54,176 bases of DNA from a virus (lineage: Duplodnaviria > Heunggongvirae > Uroviricota > Caudoviricetes), in IMG/VR virus record IMGVR_UViG_2563366830_000017, positions 1-54,176 of that record. One strand, written 5' to 3'. Within the stretch, counting starts at the first letter, position 1. Every line of letters starts with the position of its first letter. The translations under genes and the position numbers were made by a program. Of this stretch, positions 39,918-51,627 are shown in pieces. Below the pieces are notes generated by a model. That model made no database searches, was not told the DNA's origin, and saw only the letters and a list, made by a program, of their open reading frames with translations.

Positions 39918-40496
39918 ATGGCCATAAAAGGTCTTGAGCAGGCCGTTGAAAACCTCAGCCGTATCAGCAAAACGGCGGTGCCCGGTGCCGCCGCAATGGC
40001 CATTAACCGCGTTGCTTCATCCGCGATATCGCAGTCTGCGTCACAGGTTGCCCGTGAGACAAAGGTACGCCGGAAACTGGTAAAGGAAAGGGCCAGGCTG
40101 AAAAGGGCCACGGTCAAAAATCCGCAGGCCAGAATCAAAGTTAACCGGGGGGATTTGCCCGTAATCAAGCTGGGTAATGCGCGGGTTGTCCTGTCCCGCC
40201 GCAGGCGTCGTAAAAAGGGGCAGCGTTCATCCCTGAAAGGTGGCGGCAGCGTGCTTGTGGTGGGTAACCGTCGTATTCCCGGCGCGTTTATTCAGCAACT
40301 GAAAAACGGCCGGTGGCATGTTATGCAGCGTGTGGCCGGGAAAAACCGTTACCCCATTGATGTGGTGAAAATCCCGATGGCGGTGCCGCTGACCACGGCG
40401 TTTAAACAGAATATTGAGCGGATACGGCGTGAACGTCTTCCGAAAGAGCTGGGCTATGCGCTGCAGCATCAACTGAGGATGGTAATAAAGCGATGA
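39918..40496 (+). CDS. Z: Tail completion protein Z
   Basis: 192 aa matching lambda Z. Confidence 0.93.
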   Translation: MAIKGLEQAVENLSRISKTAVPGAAAMAINRVASSAISQSASQVARETKVRRKLVKERARLKRATVKNPQARIKVNRGDLPVIKLGNARVVLSRRRRRKKGQRSSLKGGGSVLVVGNRRIPGAFIQQLKNGRWHVMQRVAGKNRYPIDVVKIPMAVPLTTAFKQNIERIRRERLPKELGYALQHQLRMVIKR

Positions 40497-40888
40497 AACA
40501 TACTGAACTCCGTGCAGCCGTACTGGATGCACTGGAGAAGCATGACACCGGGGCGACGTTTTTTGATGGTCGCCCCGCTGTTTTTGATGAGGCGGATTTT
40601 CCGGCAGTTGCCGTTTATCTCACCGGCGCTGAATACACGGGCGAAGAGCAGGACAGCGATACCTGGCAGGCGGAGCTGCATATCGAAGTTTTCCTGCCTG
40701 CTCAGGTGCCGGATTCAGAGCTGGATGCGTGGATGGAGTCCCGGATTTATCCGGTGATGAGCGATATCCCGGCACTGTCAGATTTGATCACCAGTATGGT
40801 GGTCAGTGGCTATGACTACCGGCGCGACGATGATGCGGGCCTGTGGAGTTCAGCCGATATGACTTATGTCATTACCTATGAAATGTGA
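40493..40888 (+). CDS. U: Tail terminator protein U
   Basis: 131 aa matching lambda U. Confidence 0.93.
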   Translation: MKHTELRAAVLDALEKHDTGATFFDGRPAVFDEADFPAVAVYLTGAEYTGEEQDSDTWQAELHIEVFLPAQVPDSELDAWMESRIYPVMSDIPALSDLITSMVVSGYDYRRDDDAGLWSSADMTYVITYEM

Positions 40889-40895
40889 GGACGCT

Positions 40896-41636
40896 ATGCC
40901 TGTACCAAATCCTACAATGCCGGTGAAAGGTGCCGGGACCACCCTGTGGGTTTATAAGGGGAGCGGTGACCCTTATGCGAATCCGCTTTCAGACGTTGAC
41001 TGGTCGCGTCTGGCAAAAGTTAAAGACCTGACGCCCGGCGAACTGACCGCTGAGTCCTATGACGACAGCTATCTCGATGATGAAGATGCAGACTGGACTG
41101 CGACCGGGCAGGGGCAGAAATCTGCCGGAGATACCAGCTTCACGCTGGCGTGGATGCCCGGAGAGCAGGGGCAGCAGGCGCTGCTGGCGTGGTTTAATGA
41201 AGGCGATACCCGTGCCTATAAAATCCGCTTCCCGAACGGCACGGTCGATGTGTTCCGTGGCTGGGTCAGCAGTATCGGTAAGGCGGTGACGGCGAAGGAA
41301 GTGATCACCCGCACGGTGAAGGTCACCAATGTGGGCCGTCCGTCGATGGCAGAAGATCGCAGCACGGTAACAGCGGCAACCGGCATGACCGTGACGCCTG
41401 CCAGCACCTCGGTGGTGAAAGGGCAGAGCACCACGCTGACCGTGGCCTTCCAGCCGGAGGGCGTAACCGACAAGAGCTTTCGTGCGGTGTCTGCGGATAA
41501 AACAAAAGCCACCGTGTCGGTCAGTGGTATGACCATCACCGTGAACGGCGTTGCTGCAGGCAAGGTCAACATTCCGGTTGTATCCGGTAATGGTGAACTT
41601 GCTGCGGTTGCAGAAATCACCGTCACCGACAGTTAA
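40896..41636 (+). CDS. V: Major tail protein V
   Basis: [31 protein letters not shown]... matches lambda V; ORF-track start 40866 is upstream of real ATG. Confidence 0.93.
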   Translation: MPVPNPTMPVKGAGTTLWVYKGSGDPYANPLSDVDWSRLAKVKDLTPGELTAESYDDSYLDDEDADWTATGQGQKSAGDTSFTLAWMPGEQGQQALLAWFNEGDTRAYKIRFPNGTVDVFRGWVSSIGKAVTAKEVITRTVKVTNVGRPSMAEDRSTVTAATGMTVTPASTSVVKGQSTTLTVAFQPEGVTDKSFRAVSADKTKATVSVSGMTITVNGVAAGKVNIPVVSGNGELAAVAEITVTDS

Positions 41637-41651
41637 TCCGGAGAGTCAGCG

Positions 41652-42074
41652 ATGTTCCTGAAAACCGAATCATTTGAACATAACGGCGTGACCGTCACGC
41701 TTTCTGAACTGTCAGCCCTGCAGCGTATTGAGCATCTTGCCTGGTTGAAAGAGCAGGAAAAAAAGGCTGAATCCAGTGGCAACCTGCAGGTGTCTGTAGA
41801 GGCGCTTATCAGAGGCGGGGCGTTTCTGGTGGCGATGTCTCTGTGGCATAACCATCCACAGAAGACAAAGCTGCCGTCCATGAATGAAGCCATTACGCAG
41901 ATTGAGCAGGAAGTGCTTACCACCTGGCCCACGGAGGCAATTGCTCAGGCTGAAAACGTGGTGTTACGTCTGTCCGGAATGTCTGAGTTTGTGGTGAATA
42001 ATGCCCCTGAACAGGCAGAGGACGCCGGGCCTGCAGAGCCTGTTTCTGCGGGAAAGTGTTCGACGGTGAGCTGA
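41652..42074 (+). CDS. G: Tail assembly chaperone G
   Basis: 140 aa matching lambda G. Confidence 0.93.
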   Translation: MFLKTESFEHNGVTVTLSELSALQRIEHLAWLKEQEKKAESSGNLQVSVEALIRGGAFLVAMSLWHNHPQKTKLPSMNEAITQIEQEVLTTWPTEAIAQAENVVLRLSGMSEFVVNNAPEQAEDAGPAEPVSAGKCSTVS

Positions 42075-42490
42075 GTTTTGCCCTGAAACTGGCGCGTGAG
42101 ATGGGGCGACCCGACTGGCGCGCCATGCTTGCCGGGATGTCATCCACGGAGTATGCCGACTGGCACCGCTTTTACAGTACCCATTATTTTCATGATGTTC
42201 TGCTGGATATGCACTTTTCCGGGCTGACGTACACCGTACTCAGCCTGTTTTTCAGCGATCCGGATATGCATCCGCTGGATTTCAGTCTGCTGAACCGGCG
42301 CGAGGCTGACGAAGAGCCTGAAGATGATGTGCTGATGCAGAAAGCGGCAGGGCTTGCCGGAGGCGTTCGTTTTGGCCCGGACGGGAATGAAGTTATCCCC
42401 GCTTCCCCGGATGTGGCGGGCATGACGGAGGATGACGTAATGCTGATGACAGTATCAGAAGGGATCGCAGGAGGAGTCCGGTATGGCTGA
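42056..42490 (+). CDS. T: Tail assembly chaperone T reading frame (expressed as G-T fusion by -1 frameshift)
   Basis: Overlapping -1 frame ORF; slippery GGGAAAG at ~42049..42055 near end of G. Confidence 0.8.
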   Translation: MFDGELSFALKLAREMGRPDWRAMLAGMSSTEYADWHRFYSTHYFHDVLLDMHFSGLTYTVLSLFFSDPDMHPLDFSLLNRREADEEPEDDVLMQKAAGLAGGVRFGPDGNEVIPASPDVAGMTEDDVMLMTVSEGIAGGVRYG

Positions 42491-45044
42491 ACCGGTAGGC
42501 GATCTGGTCGTTGATTTGAGTCTGGATGCGGCCAGATTTGACGAGCAGATGGCCAGAGTCAGGCGTCATTTTTCCGGTACGGAAAGTGATGCGAAAAAAA
42601 CAGCGGCAGTCGTTGAACAGTCGCTGAGCCGACAGGCGCTGGCTGCACAGAAAGCGGGGATTTCCGTCGGGCAGTATAAAGCCGCCATGCGTATGCTGCC
42701 TGCACAGTTCACCGACGTGGCCACGCAGCTTGCAGGCGGGCAAAGTCCGTGGCTGATCCTGCTGCAACAGGGTGGTCAGGTTAAGGACTCCTTCGGCGGG
42801 ATGATCCCCATGTTCAGGGGGCTTGCCGGTGCGATCACCCTGCCGATGGTGGGGGCCACCTCGCTGGCGGTGGCGACCGGTGCGCTGGCGTATGCCTGGT
42901 ATCAGGGCAACTCAACCCTGTCCGATTTCAACAAAACGCTGGTCCTTTCCGGCAATCAGGCGGGACTGACGGCAGATCGTATGCTGGTCCTGTCCAGAGC
43001 CGGGCAGGCGGCAGGGCTGACGTTTAACCAGACCAGCGAGTCACTCAGCGCACTGGTTAAGGCGGGGGTAAGCGGTGAGGCTCAGATTGCGTCCATCAGC
43101 CAGAGTGTGGCGCGTTTCTCCTCTGCATCCGGCGTGGAGGTGGACAAGGTCGCTGAAGCCTTCGGGACGCTGACCACAGACCCGACGTCGGGGCTGACGG
43201 CGATGGCACGCCAGTTCCATAACGTGACGGCGGAGCAGATTGCGTATGTTGCTCAGTTGCAGCGTTCCGGCGATGAAGCCGGGGCATTGCAGGCGGCGAA
43301 CGAGGCCGCAACGAAAGGGTTTGATGACCAGACCCGCCGCCTGAAAGAGAACATGGGCACGCTGGAGACCTGGGCAGACAGGACAGCGCGGGCATTCAAA
43401 TCCATGTGGGATGCGGTGCTGGATATTGGTCGTCCTGATACCGCGCAGGAGATGCTGATTAAGGCAGAGGCTGCGTTTAAGAAAGCAGACGACATCTGGA
43501 ATCTGCGCAAGGATGATTATTTTGTTAACGATGAAGCGCGGGCGCGTTACTGGGATGATCGTGAAAAGGCCCGTCTTGCGCTTGAAGCCGCCCGAAAGAA
43601 GGCTGAGCAGCAGACTCAACAGGACAAAAATGCGCAGCAGCAGAGCGATACCGAAGCGTCACGGCTGAAATATACCGAAGAGGCGCAGAAGGCTTACGAA
43701 CGGCTGCAGACGCCGCTGGAGAAATATACCGCCCGTCAGGAAGAACTGAACAAGGCACTGAAAGACGGGAAAATCCTGCAGGCGGATTACAACACGCTGA
43801 TGGCGGCGGCGAAAAAGGATTATGAAGCGACGCTGAAAAAGCCGAAACAGTCCGGCGTGAAGGTGTCTGCGGGCGATCGTCAGGAAGACAGTGCTCATGC
43901 TGCCCTGCTGACGCTTCAGGCAGAACTCCGGACGCTGGAGAAGCATGCCGGAGCGAATGAGAAAATCAGCCAGCAGCGCCGGGATTTGTGGAAGGCAGAA
44001 AGTCAGTTCGCGGTACTGGAGGAGGCGGCACAACGTCGCCAGCTGTCCGCACAGGAGAAATCCCTGCTGGCGCATAAAGATGAGACGCTGGAGTACAAAC
44101 GCCAGCTGGCTGCACTTGGCGATAAGGTCACGTATCAGGAGCGCCTGAACGCGCTGGCGCAGCAAGCGGATAAATTCGCACAGCAGCAACGGGCAAAACG
44201 GGCCGCTATTGATGCGAAAAGCCGGGGGCTGACTGACCGGCAGGCAGAACGGGAAGCCACGGAACAGCGCCTGAAGGAACAGTATGGCGATAATCCTCTG
44301 GCGCTGAATAACGTCATGTCAGAGCAGAAAAAGACCTGGGCGGCTGAAGACCTGCTTCGCGGGAGCTGGATGGCAGGCCTCAGGTCCGGCTGGAGCGAGT
44401 GGAAAGAGAGTGCCACGGACAGTATGTTGCAGGTTAAAAGTGCAGCCACGCAGACCTTTGATGGTATTGCGCAGAATATGGCGGCGATGCTGACCGGCAG
44501 TGAGCAGAACTGGCGCAGCTTCACCCGTTCCGTGCTGTCCATGATGACAGAAATTCTGCTTAAGCAGGCAATGGTGGGGATTGTCGGGAGTATCGGCAGC
44601 GCCATTGGCGGTGCTGTTGGTGGCGGCGAATCCGCGTCAGGCGGTACAGCCATTCAGGCAGCTGCGGCGAAATTCCATTTTGCGACCGGAGGATTTACGG
44701 GAACCGGCGGCAAATATGAGCCAGCGGGGATTGTTCATCGTGGTGAATTTGTCTTCACGAAGGAGGCTACCAGCCGGATTGGTGTCGGCAACCTGTACCG
44801 CCTGATGCGGGGCTATGCGGAAGGTGGTTATGTGGGCGGTGCCGGAAGTCCGGCGCAGATGCGGCGGGCTGAAGGCATTAATTTTAATCAGAACAATCAC
44901 GTGGTGATTCAGAACGACGGTACGAATGGTCTGCCAGGTCCACAGATGATGAAGGCAGTGTATGACATGGCCCGCAAGGGTGCCCGTGATGAAATTCAGA
45001 CACAGATGCGTGATGGTGGCCTGTTCTCCGGAGGTGGACGATGA
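42483..45044 (+). CDS. H: Tail tape-measure protein H
   Basis: 853 aa matching lambda H. Confidence 0.95.
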   Translation: MAEPVGDLVVDLSLDAARFDEQMARVRRHFSGTESDAKKTAAVVEQSLSRQALAAQKAGISVGQYKAAMRMLPAQFTDVATQLAGGQSPWLILLQQGGQVKDSFGGMIPMFRGLAGAITLPMVGATSLAVATGALAYAWYQGNSTLSDFNKTLVLSGNQAGLTADRMLVLSRAGQAAGLTFNQTSESLSALVKAGVSGEAQIASISQSVARFSSASGVEVDKVAEAFGTLTTDPTSGLTAMARQFHNVTAEQIAYVAQLQRSGDEAGALQAANEAATKGFDDQTRRLKENMGTLETWADRTARAFKSMWDAVLDIGRPDTAQEMLIKAEAAFKKADDIWNLRKDDYFVNDEARARYWDDREKARLALEAARKKAEQQTQQDKNAQQQSDTEASRLKYTEEAQKAYERLQTPLEKYTARQEELNKALKDGKILQADYNTLMAAAKKDYEATLKKPKQSGVKVSAGDRQEDSAHAALLTLQAELRTLEKHAGANEKISQQRRDLWKAESQFAVLEEAAQRRQLSAQEKSLLAHKDETLEYKRQLAALGDKVTYQERLNALAQQADKFAQQQRAKRAAIDAKSRGLTDRQAEREATEQRLKEQYGDNPLALNNVMSEQKKTWAAEDLLRGSWMAGLRSGWSEWKESATDSMLQVKSAATQTFDGIAQNMAAMLTGSEQNWRSFTRSVLSMMTEILLKQAMVGIVGSIGSAIGGAVGGGESASGGTAIQAAAAKFHFATGGFTGTGGKYEPAGIVHRGEFVFTKEATSRIGVGNLYRLMRGYAEGGYVGGAGSPAQMRRAEGINFNQNNHVVIQNDGTNGLPGPQMMKAVYDMARKGARDEIQTQMRDGGLFSGGGR

Positions 45045-45370
45045 AAACCTTCCGCTGGAAAGTGAAACCCGGTATGGATGTGGCTTCGGCCCCTTCTGTA
45101 AGAAAGGTGCGCTTTGGTGATGGCTATTCCCAGCGAGCGCCTGCCGGGCTGAATGCCAACCTGAAAACGTACAGCGTGACGCTTTCTGTCCCCCGTGAGG
45201 AGGCCACGGTACTGGAGTCGTTTCTGGAAGAGCACGGGGGCTGGAAAGCCTTTCTGTGGACGCCGCCTTATGAGTGGCGGCAGATAAAGGTGACCTGCGC
45301 AAAATGGTCGTCGCGGGTCAGTATGCTGCGTGTTGAGTTCAGCGCAGAGTTTGAACAGGTGGTGAACTGA
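45041..45370 (+). CDS. M: Tail tip protein M
   Basis: 109 aa matching lambda M. Confidence 0.93.
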   Translation: MKTFRWKVKPGMDVASAPSVRKVRFGDGYSQRAPAGLNANLKTYSVTLSVPREEATVLESFLEEHGGWKAFLWTPPYEWRQIKVTCAKWSSRVSMLRVEFSAEFEQVVN

Positions 45371-46068
45371 TGCAGGATATCCGGCAGGAAACACTGAATG
45401 AATGCACCCGTGCGGAGCAGTCGGCCAGCGTGGTGCTCTGGGAAATCGACCTGACAGAGGTCGGTGGAGAACGTTATTTTTTCTGTAATGAGCAGAACGA
45501 AAAAGGTGAGCCGGTCACCTGGCAGGGGCGACAGTATCAGCCGTATCCCATTCAGGGGAGTGGTTTTGAACTGAATGGCAAAGGCACCAGTACGCGCCCC
45601 ACGCTGACGGTTTCTAACCTGTACGGTATGGTCACCGGTATGGTGGAAGATCTGCAGAGTCTGGTCGGCGGAACGGTGGTCCGGCGTAAGGTTTACGCCC
45701 GTTTTCTGGATGCGGTGAACTTCGTCAACGGAAACAGTGACGCCGATCCGGAGCAGGAGGTGATCAGCCGCTGGCGCATCGAGCAGTGCAGCGAACTGAG
45801 CGCGGTGAGTGCCTCCTTTGTACTGTCCACGCCGACGGAAACGGATGGCGCTGTTTTTCCGGGGCGTATCATGCTGGCCAACACCTGCACCTGGACCTAT
45901 CGCGGCGATGAGTGCGGTTATCACGGTCCGGCAGTCGCTGATGAATATGACCAGCCGACGTCCGATATCACGAAGGATAAATGCAGCAAATGCCTGAGCG
46001 GCTGTAAGTTTCGCAATAACGTCGGCAATTTTGGCGGCTTCCTTTCCATTAACAAACTTTCGCAGTAA
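45370..46068 (+). CDS. L: Tail tip protein L
   Basis: 232 aa matching lambda L. Confidence 0.93.
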   Translation: MQDIRQETLNECTRAEQSASVVLWEIDLTEVGGERYFFCNEQNEKGEPVTWQGRQYQPYPIQGSGFELNGKGTSTRPTLTVSNLYGMVTGMVEDLQSLVGGTVVRRKVYARFLDAVNFVNGNSDADPEQEVISRWRIEQCSELSAVSASFVLSTPTETDGAVFPGRIMLANTCTWTYRGDECGYHGPAVADEYDQPTSDITKDKCSKCLSGCKFRNNVGNFGGFLSINKLSQ

Positions 46069-46217
46069 ATACCATGACAGAGACAGAATCAGCGATTCTG
46101 GCGCACGCCCGGCGATGTGCGCCAGCGGAGTCGTGCGGCTTCGTGGTGAGAGCGCCGGAGGGGGAAAGATATTTTCCCTGCGTGAATATTTCCGGTGAGC
46201 CGGAGGATTATTTCCGG

Positions 46218-46817
46218 ATGGCTCCGGAGGACTGGCTGCAGGCAGAGATGCAGGGTGAGATTGTGGCGCTGGTCCACAGCCACCCCGGTGGTCTGCCCTG
46301 GCTGAGTGAGGCTGACCGGCGGCTGCAGGTGCAGAGTGATTTGCCGTGGTGGCTGGTCTGCCGGGGGACGATTCATAAATTCCGCTGTGTGCCGCATCTC
46401 ACCGGGCGGCGCTTTGAGCACGGGGTGACGGACTGTTACACGCTGTTCCGGGATGCTTATCATCTGGCGGGGATTGAGATGCCGGATTTTCATCGCGAGG
46501 ATGACTGGTGGCGTCACGGTCAGAATCTCTATCTGGATAATCTGGAGGCCACAGGGCTGTATCAGGTGCCGTTGTCATCAGCACAACCGGGCGATGTGCT
46601 GCTGTGCTGTTTTGGTTCATCGGTGCCGAATCATGCCGCCATTTACTGTGGTGATGGCGAGCTGTTGCACCATATTCCTGAACAACTGAGCAAACGAGAG
46701 AGGTATACCGACAAATGGCAGCGACGCACACACTCCCTCTGGCGTCACCAGGCATGGCACGCATCTGCCTTTACGGGGATTTACAACGATTTGTCCGCCG
46801 CATCGATCTGCGTGTGA
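46218..46817 (+). CDS. K: Tail tip assembly protein K (JAB/MPN plus NlpC/P60-like)
   Basis: ATG with GGAGGA RBS gives 199 aa as in lambda annotation; reading frame is open upstream to 46074. Confidence 0.85.
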   Translation: MAPEDWLQAEMQGEIVALVHSHPGGLPWLSEADRRLQVQSDLPWWLVCRGTIHKFRCVPHLTGRRFEHGVTDCYTLFRDAYHLAGIEMPDFHREDDWWRHGQNLYLDNLEATGLYQVPLSSAQPGDVLLCCFGSSVPNHAAIYCGDGELLHHIPEQLSKRERYTDKWQRRTHSLWRHQAWHASAFTGIYNDLSAASICV

Positions 46818-47356
46818 AAACGGGGGCCGAAGCCATCCGGGCGCTGGCCATGCAGATCCCGGCGTTTCGTCAGAAGCTGAGCGACGGCTGGTATCAGGTA
46901 CGCATTGCCGGGCGTGATACAGGTGAAACGGAATTATCAGCCCGTCTGAATGAACCGCTGGCAAATGGTGCTGTGATCCATATCGTGCCGCGTCTGGCAG
47001 GAGCCAAAAGTGGCGGTGTGTTTCAGGCTGTGCTGGGGGCGGCTGTTATGGCGGTTGCTATATGGATGCCGGGGGTAGGAATTATGGCGAGTAATCTGCT
47101 GTTTTCTCTCGGTGCCAGTATGACGCTTGGCGGTGTTGCACAGATGCTGGCCCCTAAACCCAAAACCCCCCGCACACAGACAACGGATAACGGCAAACAG
47201 AACACCGATTTTTCTTCACTGGATAATATGGTTGCCCAGGGCAATGTTCTGCCCGTTCTGTACGGTGAAATGCGCGTGGGATCACGTGTGGTATCTCAGG
47301 AGATCAGCACAGCAGATGAAGGTGATGGTGGTCAGGTTGTGGTGATTGGTCGCTGA
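46715..47356 (+). CDS. I: Tail tip assembly protein I
   Basis: Overlaps K 3-prime end by ~100 nt as in lambda; conserved C-terminal MLAPK...TTDNGKQNT...GEMRVGSRVVSQEIS. Confidence 0.88.
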   Translation: MAATHTLPLASPGMARICLYGDLQRFVRRIDLRVKTGAEAIRALAMQIPAFRQKLSDGWYQVRIAGRDTGETELSARLNEPLANGAVIHIVPRLAGAKSGGVFQAVLGAAVMAVAIWMPGVGIMASNLLFSLGASMTLGGVAQMLAPKPKTPRTQTTDNGKQNTDFSSLDNMVAQGNVLPVLYGEMRVGSRVVSQEISTADEGDGGQVVVIGR

Positions 47357-47416
47357 TGAAAAACGTTTTATGTGAAACCGCCTCCGGGCGGTTTTATCGT
47401 TTATGGAGCATGACGA

Positions 47417-50400
47417 ATGGGTAAAGGCAGCAGTAAGGGGCATACCCCGCGCGAAGCGAAGGACAACCTGAAATCCACGCAGCTGCTGAGTGTGATTGAT
47501 GCCATCAGCGAAGGGCCGATTGAAGGTCCGGTGGATGGATTAAAAAGCGTGCTGCTGAACAGTACGCCGGTGCTGGACAGTGAGGGGAATACCAATATAT
47601 CCGGCGTCACGGTGGTGTTCCGGGCAGGTGAGCAGGAGCAGTCACCGCCGGAGGGATTTGAATCCTCCGGCTCCGAGACGGTGCTGGGTACGGAAGTGAA
47701 ATATGACACGCCGATCACCCGCACCATTACGTCGGCAAACATCGACCGTCTGCGCTTTACCTTCGGTGTACAGGCACTGGTGGAAACCACCTCAAAGGGT
47801 GACAGGAATCCGTCGGAAGTCCGTCTGCTGGTTCAGATACAGCGTAATGGTGGCTGGGTGACGGAAAAAGACATCACCATTAAGGGCAAAACCACCTCGC
47901 AGTATCTGGCCTCGGTGGTGGTGGGTAACCTGCCGCCGCGCCCGTTCAATATACGGATGCGCAGGATGACGCCGGACAGCACCACAGACCAGCTGCAGAA
48001 CAAAACGCTCTGGTCGTCATACACCGAAATCATCGATGTGAAACAGTGCTACCCGAACACGGCACTGGTCGGCGTGCAGGTGGATTCGGAGCAGTTCGGC
48101 AGCCAGCAGGTGAGCCGTAATTATCATCTGCGCGGGCGCATTCTGCAGGTGCCGTCGAACTATAACCCGCAGACGCGGCAATACAGCGGTATCTGGGACG
48201 GAACGTTTAAACCGGCATACAGCAACAACATGGCCTGGTGTCTGTGGGATATGCTGACCCATCCGCGCTACGGCATGGGGAAACGTCTTGGTGCAGCGGA
48301 TGTGGATAAATGGGCGCTGTATGTCATCGGCCAGTACTGCGACCAGTCAGTGCCGGACGGCTTTGGCGGCACGGAGCCGCGCATCACCTGTAATGCGTAC
48401 CTGACCACACAGCGCAAGGCGTGGGATGTGCTCAGTGATTTTTGCTCGGCGATGCGCTGTATGCCGGTATGGAACGGGCAGACGCTGACGTTCGTGCAGG
48501 ACCGACCGTCAGATAAGGTGTGGACCTACAACCGCAGTAATGTGGTGATGCCGGATGATGGCGCGCCGTTCCGCTACAGCTTCAGCGCCCTGAAGGACCG
48601 CCATAATGCCGTTGAGGTGAACTGGATTGACCCGAACAACGGCTGGGAGACGGCGACAGAGCTTGTGGAGGACACGCAGGCCATTGCCCGTTACGGTCGT
48701 AACGTCACGAAGATGGATGCTTTTGGCTGTACCAGCCGGGGGCAGGCACACCGCGCCGGGCTGTGGCTGATTAAAACAGAACTGCTGGAAACGCAGACCG
48801 TGGACTTCAGCGTGGGTGCCGAAGGGCTTCGCCATGTACCGGGCGATGTCATTGAAATCTGCGATGATGACTATGCCGGTATCAGCACCGGCGGGCGCGT
48901 GCTGGCGGTAAACAGCCAGACCCGGACGCTGACGCTCGACCGTGAAATCACGCTGCCATCTTCCGGCACCACGCTGATAAGCCTGGTTGACGGGCAGGGG
49001 AGTCCGGTCAGCGTGGAGGTTCAGTCCGTCACCGACGGCGTGAAGGTAAAAGTGAGCCGTGTTCCTGACGGTGTTGCTGAATACAGCGTATGGGGGCTGA
49101 AGCTGCCGACGCTGCGCCAGCGACTGTTCCGCTGCGTGAGTATCCGTGAGAACGACGACGGCACGTATGCCATCACCGCCGTGCAGCATGTGCCGGAAAA
49201 AGAGGCCATCGTGGATAACGGGGCGCACTTTGACGGCGAACAGAGTGGCACGGTGAATGGTGTCACGCCGCCAGCGGTGCAGCACCTGACCGCAGAAGTC
49301 ACTGCAGACAGCGGGGAATATCAGGTGCTGGCGCGATGGGACACACCGAAGGTGGTGAAGGGCGTGAGCTTCCTGCTTCGCCTGACCGTGGCAGCGGATG
49401 ACGGCAGTGAGCGGCTGGTCAGCACGGCCCGGACGACGGAAACCACATACCGCTTCACGCAACTGGCGCTGGGAAACTACAGGCTGACAGTCCGGGCGGC
49501 AAATGCCTGGGGGCAGCAGGGCGATCCGGCATCGGTATCGTTCCGTATTGCCGCACCGGCAGCGCCGTCGCGGATTGAGCTGACGCCGGGCTATTTTCAG
49601 ATAACCGCCACGCCCCATCTTGCCGTTTATGATCCGACGGTACAGTTTGAGTTCTGGTTCTCGGAAAAGCGGATTGCGGATATCAGGCAGGTTGAAACCA
49701 CAGCCCGCTATCTTGGCACGGCGCTGTACTGGATAGCTGCCAGTATCAATATCAAACCGGGCCATGATTATTATTTTTACATCCGCAGTGTGAACACCGT
49801 TGGCAAATCGGCATTTGTGGAGGCTGTTGGCCAGCCGAGTGATGATGCATCCGGCTATCTGGATTTTTTCAAAGGCGAGATAGGGAAAAGCCATCTGGCT
49901 CAGGAGCTGTGGACGCAGATTGATAACGGTCAGCTTGCGCCTGACCTGGCTGAAATCAGGACGTCCATTACGGATGTCAGCAATGAAATCACGCAGACCG
50001 TCAATAAGAAACTGGAAGACCAGAGTGCGGCAATTCAGCAGATACAGAAGGTTCAGGTTGATACAAATAATAACCTGAACAGCATGTGGGCTGTGAAGCT
50101 GCAGCAGATGCAGGACGGACGCCTTTATATCGCGGGTATTGGTGCCGGTATTGAGAACACCCCTGACGGCATGCAGAGTCAGGTGCTGCTGGCGGCGGAC
50201 AGGATTGCGATGGTTAATCCTGCGAATGGCAACACAAAGCCGATGTTTGTTGGTCAGGGCGATCAGATATTTATGAATGAAGTGTTCCTGAAATATCTGA
50301 CGGCTCCCACCATTACCAGCGGCGGTAATCCTCCGGCATTTTCCCTGACACCGGACGGGCGGCTGACGGCGAAAAATGCCGATATCAGCGGTAACGTGAA

Positions 50401-50896
50401 TGCGAACTCCGGGACGCTCAACAACGTCACGATTAACGAGAACTGCCGGGTTCTGGGAAAACTGTCCGCGAACCAGATTGAAGGCGATCTCGTTAAAACA
50501 GTGGGCAAAGCTTTCCCCCGGGACTCCCGTGCACCGGAACGGTGGCCATCAGGGACCATTACCGTCAGGATTTATGACGATCAGCCGTTTGACCGGCAGA
50601 TTGTTATTCCGGCGGTGGCATTCAGCGGCGCTAAACATGAGAGAGAGCATACTGATATTTACTCCTCATGCCGTCTGATAGTGCGGAAAAACGGTGCTGA
50701 AATTTATAACCGTACCGCGCTGGATAATACGCTGATTTACAGTGGCGTTATTGATATGCCTGCCGGTCACGGTCACATGACGCTGGAGTTTTCGGTGTCA
50801 GCATGGCTGGTAAATGACTGGTATCCCACAGCAAGTATCAGCGATTTGCTGGTTGTGGTGATGAAGAAAGCCACCGCAGGCATCAGTATCAGCTGA
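47417..50896 (+). CDS. J: Central tail fibre/host specificity protein J (divergent C-terminal receptor-binding region)
   Basis: 1159 aa; first ~800 aa lambda-J-like, C-terminal third diverges. Confidence 0.93.
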   Translation: MGKGSSKGHTPREAKDNLKSTQLLSVIDAISEGPIEGPVDGLKSVLLNSTPVLDSEGNTNISGVTVVFRAGEQEQSPPEGFESSGSETVLGTEVKYDTPITRTITSANIDRLRFTFGVQALVETTSKGDRNPSEVRLLVQIQRNGGWVTEKDITIKGKTTSQYLASVVVGNLPPRPFNIRMRRMTPDSTTDQLQNKTLWSSYTEIIDVKQCYPNTALVGVQVDSEQFGSQQVSRNYHLRGRILQVPSNYNPQTRQYSGIWDGTFKPAYSNNMAWCLWDMLTHPRYGMGKRLGAADVDKWALYVIGQYCDQSVPDGFGGTEPRITCNAYLTTQRKAWDVLSDFCSAMRCMPVWNGQTLTFVQDRPSDKVWTYNRSNVVMPDDGAPFRYSFSALKDRHNAVEVNWIDPNNGWETATELVEDTQAIARYGRNVTKMDAFGCTSRGQAHRAGLWLIKTELLETQTVDFSVGAEGLRHVPGDVIEICDDDYAGISTGGRVLAVNSQTRTLTLDREITLPSSGTTLISLVDGQGSPVSVEVQSVTDGVKVKVSRVPDGVAEYSVWGLKLPTLRQRLFRCVSIRENDDGTYAITAVQHVPEKEAIVDNGAHFDGEQSGTVNGVTPPAVQHLTAEVTADSGEYQVLARWDTPKVVKGVSFLLRLTVAADDGSERLVSTARTTETTYRFTQLALGNYRLTVRAANAWGQQGDPASVSFRIAAPAAPSRIELTPGYFQITATPHLAVYDPTVQFEFWFSEKRIADIRQVETTARYLGTALYWIAASINIKPGHDYYFYIRSVNTVGKSAFVEAVGQPSDDASGYLDFFKGEIGKSHLAQELWTQIDNGQLAPDLAEIRTSITDVSNEITQTVNKKLEDQSAAIQQIQKVQVDTNNNLNSMWAVKLQQMQDGRLYIAGIGAGIENTPDGMQSQVLLAADRIAMVNPANGNTKPMFVGQGDQIFMNEVFLKYLTAPTITSGGNPPAFSLTPDGRLTAKNADISGNVNANSGTLNNVTINENCRVLGKLSANQIEGDLVKTVGKAFPRDSRAPERWPSGTITVRIYDDQPFDRQIVIPAVAFSGAKHEREHTDIYSSCRLIVRKNGAEIYNRTALDNTLIYSGVIDMPAGHGHMTLEFSVSAWLVNDWYPTASISDLLVVVMKKATAGISIS

Positions 50897-50963
50897 ATTT
50901 TATAACCCCAATACGGGCGTCAGAAATGACGCCTTTTTTATTGCAGAAAAGCGAGAGGTAATT

Positions 50964-51563
50964 ATGCGTAAATTATGTGCTGTTATTCTGTCCGCAGTAG
51001 TCTGGCTGGTTGCCGCTGGTACGCCAGCGAGCGCAGCAGAGCATCAGTCCACACTAAGCGCCGGGTATCTTCAGACCCATACTGATATGCCAGGCAGTGA
51101 TGACCTGAAGGGCATTAACGTGAAATACCGTTATGAATTTACGGACACGCTGGGGCTGGTGACGTCATTCAGTTATGCCAATGCCAAAGATGAGCAAAAA
51201 ACGCATTACAGCGATACCCGCTGGCATGAAGATTCAGTGCGTAACCGCTGGTTCAGCATGATGGCGGGGCCGTCTGTACGCGTGAATGAATGGTTCAGTG
51301 CTTATGCGATGGCAGGTGTGGCTTACAGCCGTGTTTCAACGTTCTCCGGGGATTATCTCCGCGTAACTGACAGCAAGGGGAAAACGCACGATGTGCTGAC
51401 TGGAAGTGATGACGGTCGCCACAGCAACACGTCTCTGGCGTGGGGGGCTGGCGTGCAGTTTAACCCGACCGAATCCGTGGCCATTGATATTGCTTATGAA
51501 GGCTCCGGCAGTGGTGACTGGCGCACTGACGGTTTCATCGTGGGTGTCGGTTATAAATTCTGA
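50964..51563 (+). CDS. lom: Outer membrane protein Lom (Ail/Lom family)
   Basis: 199 aa with signal peptide, beta-barrel ending GVGYKF; matches lambda Lom. Confidence 0.9.
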   Translation: MRKLCAVILSAVVWLVAAGTPASAAEHQSTLSAGYLQTHTDMPGSDDLKGINVKYRYEFTDTLGLVTSFSYANAKDEQKTHYSDTRWHEDSVRNRWFSMMAGPSVRVNEWFSAYAMAGVAYSRVSTFSGDYLRVTDSKGKTHDVLTGSDDGRHSNTSLAWGAGVQFNPTESVAIDIAYEGSGSGDWRTDGFIVGVGYKF

Positions 51564-51590
51564 TTAGCCAGGTAACACAGTGTTATGACA

Positions 51591-51617
51591 GCCCGCCGGT
51601 TCAGGCGGGCTTTTTTG
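51591..51617 (+). terminator. Rho-independent terminator after lom
   Basis: GCCCGCC-GGTTCAG-GCGGGC followed by TTTTTTG. Confidence 0.7.
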
Positions 51618-51627
51618 TGGAGTGGAT

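Noticed and set aside
48509-49894. 461-aa minus-strand ORF inside J
   Set aside because: Antisense shadow ORF within the conserved J gene; Arg/Cys-rich low-complexity translation typical of non-coding frames in GC-rich sequence.
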